Positions 57,227 to 64,000 of a stretch of DNA of 64,000 bases are shown piece by piece; position 1 is the stretch's first letter, and every line of letters begins with the position of its first letter. Both the position numbers and the translations under genes were made by a program. Below the pieces are notes generated by a model. It was not told the origin of the DNA. It did no database searches and saw only the letters and a list, made by a program, of their open reading frames with translations. This stretch comes from Candidatus Phycocordibacter aenigmaticus (GTDB lineage Bacteria > Patescibacteriota > Minisyncoccia > Phycocordibacterales > Phycocordibacteraceae), in the NCBI GenBank assembly GCA_045401115.1, contig CP174359.1, positions 122,288 through 186,287 on the forward strand. The letters run 5' to 3'.

Positions 57227-58483
57227 CTATATCCCTTCCCCATTCTCAAGGTCACTCTCGGTTTTTGTGTCATCAGTCGGCTCGTATAATCTGAGGGACC
57301 ACAAAGTTAAATCGTTTTTATTAAGAAACGTTACATAATTTCCATCGTAACTTACCTGCGGACGCCAAACATCAATTTGGGCGTCAACTTCGTCTGACGG
57401 TAGGGCAAGCAACATGCTGACACCATCTGAGATAGTAAATAGCCATAGGTCATCTTCAAAAACCGTTTGTCCTAAAAGCCAATGAACCGTCGCATTGCTA
57501 GAGAGTGTTTCTCGAGGAACTCCACAGGCGAGGTGTTCCTCGTTAGGAGTAAATGCGCATTTTGATGCAATAGTATTAAGCGGTGTTAGGAAGATTTGTT
57601 CTTCTTGGGTGTCGTACACTGAAAGAGACGTGTCGCGTTCTCCGCCACTCATTACTATATATCGTCCACTCGGACTTACCTGTGCTGTTAAGCTTTCTAC
57701 TCCACCGACAATATGAGTGAGATTGCTGTTAGTAATTTGGTACACTGCACCCGCAATTCCTGAGGCAGGGGCGGTGTGTACATACAAAGCGGCATCACTT
57801 TGTAGTGGTATCCATGAACGAATACGAGAAGAAAAGATAGTGCGTTCATTTTCTCCATTCACGTCAGAAAGTGTTATAACACTTCCATCTTCTGTTTCGT
57901 ATACTGCGAGTAGATTTTCTCCTGCTTGATCTATACTTGCGCGTTGCCACTGTGACATAAATGAACCACCGAAAGCGTTTTCCTCGTTCTCTTCGGAGTT
58001 AATAGTAGTGTAGAAGTTTTCTGTATCACCGTCTTCGTTAAAATAACGAATAATAAAATTATTTTCATCTATCCAAGTTACATCATGTATCTCAGGCACA
58101 GTCGTATTTGAGATACGTGTCGCAGTGCGACCTTCAGCAGGCACATCGTATATGTGCCCGGTAGCACGGTCAATATATCGAATAATAGGTTCTTCTTCTG
58201 CATTCTCATATATAAATGCACCCACTGTCGGTTGGTTGCTCACTTGACGAAGCTGTGGCACAGGTCGTGTGTCTTCTGTTTTTGGTACATCTGCACCACC
58301 ACCTGTACCTCCTGAGGGGGTAGTATCTCCTGAGCCAAATGGAAAGAGGCCGCTAAAGAAACCTCCTGAATCTTCCCCGTTTGAATCGAAGGTATTTCTT
58401 GATGAATCTAAATAAAACGCGATAAACGCAGCACCTAACACGAGAACGAGCGCTATAAAAAATAAAATAATAGTCCGTCGCAT
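57227..58483 (-). CDS. Membrane-anchored beta-propeller-like protein
   Basis: N-terminal TM, YIDRATGHIY, and blade-like SPSG and S.DG motifs. Confidence 0.75.
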   Translation of the reverse strand: MRRTIILFFIALVLVLGAAFIAFYLDSSRNTFDSNGEDSGGFFSGLFPFGSGDTTPSGGTGGGADVPKTEDTRPVPQLRQVSNQPTVGAFIYENAEEEPIIRYIDRATGHIYDVPAEGRTATRISNTTVPEIHDVTWIDENNFIIRYFNEDGDTENFYTTINSEENEENAFGGSFMSQWQRASIDQAGENLLAVYETEDGSVITLSDVNGENERTIFSSRIRSWIPLQSDAALYVHTAPASGIAGAVYQITNSNLTHIVGGVESLTAQVSPSGRYIVMSGGERDTSLSVYDTQEEQIFLTPLNTIASKCAFTPNEEHLACGVPRETLSSNATVHWLLGQTVFEDDLWLFTISDGVSMLLALPSDEVDAQIDVWRPQVSYDGNYVTFLNKNDLTLWSLRLYEPTDDTKTESDLENGEGI

Positions 58484-58552
58484 ACGTATAGATATTGTAC
58501 CAGGTTTATCCCCTCTCGTTGTTAATACAAACGGAGTTTTGTATTAAATCAA

Positions 58553-59122
58553 CTACTCAATTGGTTCGCGGTACGGGTCAACGGTTTTGTACTGCGTTTT
58601 AGGTTGTGGTGATCCATCTTCTTCACTGAATGCATCCACTTCTACCTCTTCTAGTTTTTCGCGTCGTGAAGTGCCGAGGGTTGGTTCTGTGAAAGTAGAT
58701 ATTTTTTCATCGGCAACTTTCGGCTGTGCTGGTGTATTGTCTTGAGACGGTTCAAGAGGTTGTGCCGGCACTGGCTTTTCTTGTTTTTTCTCTTCAAGTT
58801 GTTTCCTCTTTTCATCAAGATACACCCGGAACGGCTTAAACAGCATGTTATTAACATCATTCAATACCACACTGTAGAGAGCGCTATTTTGCTCAAGTGC
58901 TTCTTGAAGCATCTCTGAAAATCGTGCGGTGGGTACTAGACCTAAGAACACTGCTTCGACAGCGTTGGCAATATTCCCTAGCTCATCAAAATGGAGATTG
59001 TGTTTTGTGCGGAATGCACTAAATGCGTCAATATACTCCTCCGAGTTCATGTACTGCTGAACTAGGGGCGATGTTTTCGAATACGCTTCTTTTATTTGTT
59101 GTGCCGTGGGAATAAGTGCCAT
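58553..59122 (-). CDS. Hypothetical protein of the CPR T4SS cluster
   Basis: 189 aa ending DPYREPIE. Confidence 0.75.
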   Translation of the reverse strand: MALIPTAQQIKEAYSKTSPLVQQYMNSEEYIDAFSAFRTKHNLHFDELGNIANAVEAVFLGLVPTARFSEMLQEALEQNSALYSVVLNDVNNMLFKPFRVYLDEKRKQLEEKKQEKPVPAQPLEPSQDNTPAQPKVADEKISTFTEPTLGTSRREKLEEVEVDAFSEEDGSPQPKTQYKTVDPYREPIE

Positions 59123-59139
59123 AGTGCTATATGTTTGTA

Positions 59140-61434
59140 TTAATTTTCATCATCTGGTCCTCGGTCAATGTTTTCCTGGTTTGGTGGTGTATTTGGTGGC
59201 TGAGGTGACGGTTGAGGATCTGTGCGGGTAGTACCCATATCCGCGAGTTCTTCTTGAGCTACAGGTGCTTTGCGTCCACGCTCCACAGCTTGTGTAGATT
59301 CGTTATATTTCTTCACGACCTTAGTTTGAGCGCGCATACTGATATTTTGCATCTGCGCTTCAGAAATTTCTCCCTCGCGTGGTTCTTTTCCTGGTTCAGC
59401 TTGGCGACGGTTTATTGCAGAAAATTCTTCTACATTAAGTAGTTGCGCCATTTCAGGTTGTTCAAGCACCTCAGGTGGGAGCGCTGCAACTTGACTGGTA
59501 CCATCTGGACCATTGGTACGCAGTTTATCTACCAACATCTTTGCAGAACGTCTATCCTGGGCAAGAGCCATAAGATCTCTTTTTTCTTCTGCTCGTTCAG
59601 CTAGTTTTTCTTGTGTAAATTCAACACGATCACGTTGCTTCTCAGTTAACCGACCACGTACCGCTTCTTGGGTCAGTCCTTCAATTGCGGTGACCACTTT
59701 CTGTAGCTGTTGCGTTTGTGTAGCATCAAGTTGTTGTGAATCTTCTGTTGGTGTACCCGAAGCTCCGGTTTTCGTTGGTGGTCTTTGGTTTTGAGTATCT
59801 ACGCGGCGCTTTGCACGCTCAACCTCAGATGGATTTTTAGAAGCACCAACCACTTGTGCAAGCGCTTTACGCTTACCTGTTTTTGTAACTTCTGCTTTTT
59901 TCTCTTCCTGAGTAAGCTCTTCATTTTTACGTTCTTTTTCTCGTTGATCTTCAGAAAGGTTTGAAAAGGCATCAACAGCATGATTATAGGCTGCTTGTTT
60001 TTCTTCTTCAGGAGCGTCATCTTGGCTGAGTACCGCTGCATATTTTGTTCGAGCCTGATCCCACTCATCTTTTTTAGCTTTTTCGTACTCTTTGTCTTGA
60101 CGTCCAGTGCGTGAGAAGGACACTGGGCCCAATTCATCACGAAGTGGTTTAAGGGTAAGCGCGTCCCCAAGGTTTCTTTTCCCTCCGGTAAGCGCCAGAG
60201 GAGTACCCCCCACCCATTTAGCTGCTCCTCCAAGAGTTTTTCCGACTGCCTGAGCAGCGGTTGGTATCACTTTTTTATATGCGCCATAGAACTGACCAGT
60301 GGTTGGTGGTGTGAACTCTTCTTGTCGTGCAATTCCCATTGAAATTTTCATAGCAAAATAAAGAAGGCCAAAACCAAGCGCGTATATTACTACCAGATCA
60401 AGCGCAGCTGACCATCGAGTGCCGCCAGCTGCTGAAATAAATGTTGGATTTGCAATTAGGTCTACCAATGTTCCGTCTCCAAGGGCTACCGCTGAAGCAT
60501 TTTCCAGTACTTTAAGTGCAGCTGCGGCAAACAAGAGAAATACCACAGGGAATACTGCTTGACTGTACAGCGCTGACCACCACGCCTTCCCAAACTTTTG
60601 TATACCAGGAATATCAATGAACGCGAGTATCCCTATAGGAGATGTCATAAGGAGAATTACTATCACAATAAAGCGCTGTATAAAAAGCGCTGCCATTGAA
60701 AAAAATATAAAAAATGTTGCTCCCATGAACACCACTCCGATAAGTCCCATCATGAAAAGCATAGCCCCATCCATTTTACTTAAGTCTTCATCAAGTTCGT
60801 AGATTGATGCAAGTTTTGTGGCATTCATAAATCGCGTCGTTATTGCGCGACCTCCTTGGAGAGCACTTGTGACTTCGTTATCGCCAACACGCTCTTCTGA
60901 GTCAATATCGATAACCAAGGCTTCTTGGTAAATCATACGTGACGTAAAATGTGAGGCGTCTAGTATGGCGCCGGTAAAGAAATAGCTAAAATTCACCAAA
61001 AGAGCAGCAATAATAATAGTCACAATTATCCGCCCTACTTTTTGTGCAGAGCCAAGAATGATATTAATTGATGCCCAAATTAACCCACCAATAAAAACGA
61101 GATTCACAAGATCGCGCAGCACAATCCAAATTGCGCTTATAGAAGATCCAATACCTCCACCTACCGCAAGTCTTTCCGAAGCTTGTATAAGCCATCGGGT
61201 AATTGTCCAATCAAAAAATCCCGCACCAATGCCAAGAAAAACACCGCCCATTTGAAGCATCATGCCGGCGATTCCGGCACTATTGTTACATTGCCCTCCT
61301 CCAACAAGCGGTATATTTCCAACCGCACACGTGAGAAGTGCGGTGAGTATAATTAATATAAAAATACCCACCGTTCCAGCGGCGATGAGCAACAAAATAA
61401 TTGATTTACCTCCTCCTTTTATTGCACCCCACAT
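59140..61434 (-). CDS. VirB6/TrbL-like polytopic membrane protein with long charged C-terminal tail
   Basis: W..LRDLVNLVFI, IIAALLVNFS, R...ILL..SPI, WW..L; start uncertain. Confidence 0.8.
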   Translation of the reverse strand: MWGAIKGGGKSIILLLIAAGTVGIFILIILTALLTCAVGNIPLVGGGQCNNSAGIAGMMLQMGGVFLGIGAGFFDWTITRWLIQASERLAVGGGIGSSISAIWIVLRDLVNLVFIGGLIWASINIILGSAQKVGRIIVTIIIAALLVNFSYFFTGAILDASHFTSRMIYQEALVIDIDSEERVGDNEVTSALQGGRAITTRFMNATKLASIYELDEDLSKMDGAMLFMMGLIGVVFMGATFFIFFSMAALFIQRFIVIVILLMTSPIGILAFIDIPGIQKFGKAWWSALYSQAVFPVVFLLFAAAALKVLENASAVALGDGTLVDLIANPTFISAAGGTRWSAALDLVVIYALGFGLLYFAMKISMGIARQEEFTPPTTGQFYGAYKKVIPTAAQAVGKTLGGAAKWVGGTPLALTGGKRNLGDALTLKPLRDELGPVSFSRTGRQDKEYEKAKKDEWDQARTKYAAVLSQDDAPEEEKQAAYNHAVDAFSNLSEDQREKERKNEELTQEEKKAEVTKTGKRKALAQVVGASKNPSEVERAKRRVDTQNQRPPTKTGASGTPTEDSQQLDATQTQQLQKVVTAIEGLTQEAVRGRLTEKQRDRVEFTQEKLAERAEEKRDLMALAQDRRSAKMLVDKLRTNGPDGTSQVAALPPEVLEQPEMAQLLNVEEFSAINRRQAEPGKEPREGEISEAQMQNISMRAQTKVVKKYNESTQAVERGRKAPVAQEELADMGTTRTDPQPSPQPPNTPPNQENIDRGPDDEN

Positions 61435-61438
61435 ATTG

Positions 61439-62908
61439 TTATTGTGACACAGTTTCTTCCTCTTCGGGATCGCAATAGGTTGCTGGGTCACTTATGATGG
61501 TGAGGAGTGTGTCATATTCCTCATCTACTACCGCAATGTCAGTGTCCGTATGAGTAATCCCGGTATCAATAAGTGCACTGAAGTTCGTGGATATGTTACT
61601 TGCTTCATCTATGGTGCGTGCCTGTTCTATTTCGCTACGCAATAGTTGTAAGTCTCTCGTGTTTGATGAAGCGACTGCAAGATTACTTTCGTAATACGGA
61701 ATAAGTCCATCAGCGTTTTCAATGCCGCGACGGGTATTTTGTACGCGGTACGTTTCGTAGTAACAAGTTCGCACTTCTTCATCGGCCTCTTCAAGTGCAG
61801 TAATAATGTTATTCACCGCATTTCGGTACCGCTCTTCAGTAGAAAGACTGTCACGTGCTTGGATACGTGCACTTTCCCGGATACGTTCAGTAAGAGCGTT
61901 ATCAGATTCATTAGTGAGCGCCTCAACATACGAGCCTTGAATCAGACGGTTTTCATTATCAACATATGTACGCGCCGATGAACCCGAACGACTTGAAAGG
62001 CCACGCAACCCACTAAGGCTAGTAAGTGCTTCTTGAGCGAGTTGTGCGATCAGTGCATTAACGATTTCATTAATCTCATCGGCAAGTTCAAGTGATTCGA
62101 AACCTGACCCAAGCACTTCCCCTAGCTGTTGGTTGATCTGTGTACCAGGTGTGACAATTTCATGTACCAAACATTCAGGCTCCTCACCTTCTTTAACAGG
62201 CTCCTCACTATATTTTATACATTCGCGTTTTGAGAAAAACCCTTCACCGAAATTAAGGTAGGCAAGTTCTTCATCTTGTCGCGCATTAATCCGTGCTTCG
62301 AGTTCTCCTAGAGATTGTCCATATGCACCATATGGGTTGTTTTGGCTTTCTGCATGAAGCCGAAACCATGTTTCCCAGCCGCCTTGACTAAAATCATTGA
62401 AAAACCCGTCGATATTATCGGCAACATCACCAAGCGAGCAGCGAATACGCTCACGGAACGGTTGCCGTTGTAACGCAAGACTAAGACGAATTTCTAATTC
62501 AAATGGACTACAAATAAACCCAAGGTCGGTGCCTTCAATGAAATCAAGCGCTGTGTGATCAGCCACCTCCCCTAAGAATTGATTTAGGTTACTTACAAAC
62601 GATGGTCCCCCTTCAAACCCACTATTTATCCAGTCGATAATACTCTGCGTCATCGCTGCGATCATCGCTTCCTTTAAGGCAAACGTCACTGCGTCTAGGA
62701 CTGTCTCCTTTGTGGTTAGTGTGGCAGTGACTCCAGCGGTAGTAGCGCTTGATGCTGCAGTTGCTGCTATGAATCCAGCAGAAGGCCCCACTAATACTAC
62801 TGGTAACGCGGCAGCATGTGACGTATTAATCGGTAAAACGAATGATGAAAAAGATGTCGCCAGAAGAAGGGCTACGGCTACGATTTTTTTTGAAAAAGAT
62901 GACTTCAT
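61439..62908 (-). CDS. Secreted protein of the CPR T4SS cluster
   Basis: Signal peptide, IIDWINSGFEGGPSFV, NNPYG, GEGFFS, IVTPG, ADEINEIV. Confidence 0.75.
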   Translation of the reverse strand: MKSSFSKKIVAVALLLATSFSSFVLPINTSHAAALPVVLVGPSAGFIAATAASSATTAGVTATLTTKETVLDAVTFALKEAMIAAMTQSIIDWINSGFEGGPSFVSNLNQFLGEVADHTALDFIEGTDLGFICSPFELEIRLSLALQRQPFRERIRCSLGDVADNIDGFFNDFSQGGWETWFRLHAESQNNPYGAYGQSLGELEARINARQDEELAYLNFGEGFFSKRECIKYSEEPVKEGEEPECLVHEIVTPGTQINQQLGEVLGSGFESLELADEINEIVNALIAQLAQEALTSLSGLRGLSSRSGSSARTYVDNENRLIQGSYVEALTNESDNALTERIRESARIQARDSLSTEERYRNAVNNIITALEEADEEVRTCYYETYRVQNTRRGIENADGLIPYYESNLAVASSNTRDLQLLRSEIEQARTIDEASNISTNFSALIDTGITHTDTDIAVVDEEYDTLLTIISDPATYCDPEEEETVSQ

Positions 62909-63819
62909 GATGATGTGGTTATAGTAGTAAATATTTGGTGTGCTTCAGCAAAACGATCTTCGGCAGCAATAAATGCATCAAGTGCAAGTAGTGTTCGGTA
63001 CGGATCTTCGTAGTGCGTGCTCATAAGCGTAATTGCATATGTAGCGGCGCTAATGGAATTAATCATTTCAAGATGAGTTCCAGAGACTGTAGTAGGAGTA
63101 GGAATTGCGAGGAGATCATTAATAATCTCAGCATAGAGCGCAATATTGGTTGTAAACTGTCGAAGGTGTATTAAGTCGCCTGTGTCGAGTAGTTTATAAA
63201 GGGTCACTGTTTCATGTTCAGGCACCGCCTCTGCTTTAGTTAATACTTTTTGTACTTCACTCGCGTATGTTGCTATTGCATCGCCGCTTTCATTATTATT
63301 CACCTGTATATCCTCAAAAGTATATTGCGGCGGTTCGATGTCCAACACATTTCGCTCTACAACTGATTCAATAGCTGTCTGCAACTCTGCTTCGCTTAGT
63401 TCCCCGTTTTCTTTAAAAGAAAGGTACGCGGCAAAAAGTTCTTTCCCGAGTGCTTCAATTGGTTCGGTCCCCTCTGGCGCAACATATGGCTTTTCACTTA
63501 TTGGTTCAGTGCCATGTACGGCCGGGTCAGAACCCTGCGCTACTTCGTCTCCATCCGAGACACCATCCCCGTCCGAGTCAACATTGTTAGGGTCGGTGCC
63601 GAGAAGCACCTCTTTCCAGTTAGGGATACCGTCTCCGTCTGAGTCTGCGCGCGCGGTGATGCTGGTACCTTGTTGGTTGATCGTTAATACTTCGTTGTTT
63701 TCATTCTGCCTTATCTCATCCGTGGCTTGAGGAGCGGCAGTAAAAAAGGCAAGCGCTATCACGCCAATGGCAACTACACCAAACAGCACGAGCATTCCGA
63801 AATTCTTCCGGTTTTTCAT
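62905..63819 (-). CDS. Membrane-anchored protein with Ca-binding DxDGDG (thrombospondin type 3-like) repeats
   Basis: DSDGDGIPNWKE..LGTDPNNVDSDGDGVSDGDEV. Confidence 0.85.
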   Translation of the reverse strand: MKNRKNFGMLVLFGVVAIGVIALAFFTAAPQATDEIRQNENNEVLTINQQGTSITARADSDGDGIPNWKEVLLGTDPNNVDSDGDGVSDGDEVAQGSDPAVHGTEPISEKPYVAPEGTEPIEALGKELFAAYLSFKENGELSEAELQTAIESVVERNVLDIEPPQYTFEDIQVNNNESGDAIATYASEVQKVLTKAEAVPEHETVTLYKLLDTGDLIHLRQFTTNIALYAEIINDLLAIPTPTTVSGTHLEMINSISAATYAITLMSTHYEDPYRTLLALDAFIAAEDRFAEAHQIFTTITTSS

Positions 63820-63889
63820 AGTACCAGTATACCTGCACACGCTTTTTTGTGCTGCAGGTTATTGACGGTAGTATGTGGGTAATAAAACG

Positions 63890-64000
63890 TTAGTCGTTTT
63901 TAATTATTTCTGCTATAGCAATCCATGTAGTAAGCGGCACATCTTCAGCACGTACGTTTACATCCAAGTTGAGCTGTGCCCATATATCTTCAAGTGTGGC
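63890..64000 (-). CDS. rsmA: C-terminus of probable 16S rRNA dimethyltransferase (partial)
   Basis: Manual translation ...LNLDVNVRAEDVPLTTWIAIAEIIKND*, resembling the KsgA C-terminal RAE motif. Confidence 0.6.
   Translation of the reverse strand, partial: ATLEDIWAQLNLDVNVRAEDVPLTTWIAIAEIIKND

Noticed and set aside
1-64000. Alternative genetic code 25 (TGA = Gly)
   Set aside because: Conserved genes are full length under code 11, and some (for example tmk and ruvB) end at TGA at the expected position.

Overview
The window covers the replication-origin region of a small-genome bacterium, most likely Patescibacteria/CPR of Parcubacteria type. That assignment is inferred from gene content: a CPR-type VirB4/PrgI/pilin cluster, a DUF5652-like protein, a type IV pilus PilM/N/O set, tRNA-Arg(GCG) and apparently leaderless transcription. 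Genetic code 11 fits. Housekeeping genes include ileS (partial), argS, tyrS, a compact thymidylate/folate cluster (glyA, tmk, thyA, dCMP deaminase, folA, two MazG-like genes), secE-nusG-rplK, rplS, rpsT, ruvA/B/C/X, holA, polA, pilB, PBP1A, dnaN-dnaA-rpmH-rnpA-yidC-jag, a T4SS-like cluster and seven tRNAs. The most notable observations are: (1) six of the seven tRNA genes are flanked by shared families of non-coding structured elements, each carrying direct and inverted copies of its own host tRNA, which looks like a target-matched tRNA-associated element system; (2) an Ile-rich leader-peptide attenuator (MTARAIIAIII) lies upstream of ileS; (3) a histidine-phosphatase domain is inserted in frame inside IleRS; (4) there is a 6S-like long-hairpin ncRNA; (5) an AT-rich two-gene islet between tRNAs encodes an RxxxxH (HEPN-like) protein. 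Three apparent single-base indels (dnaA, capA, rplS) are most likely assembly errors. All calls were made by eye without database searches.
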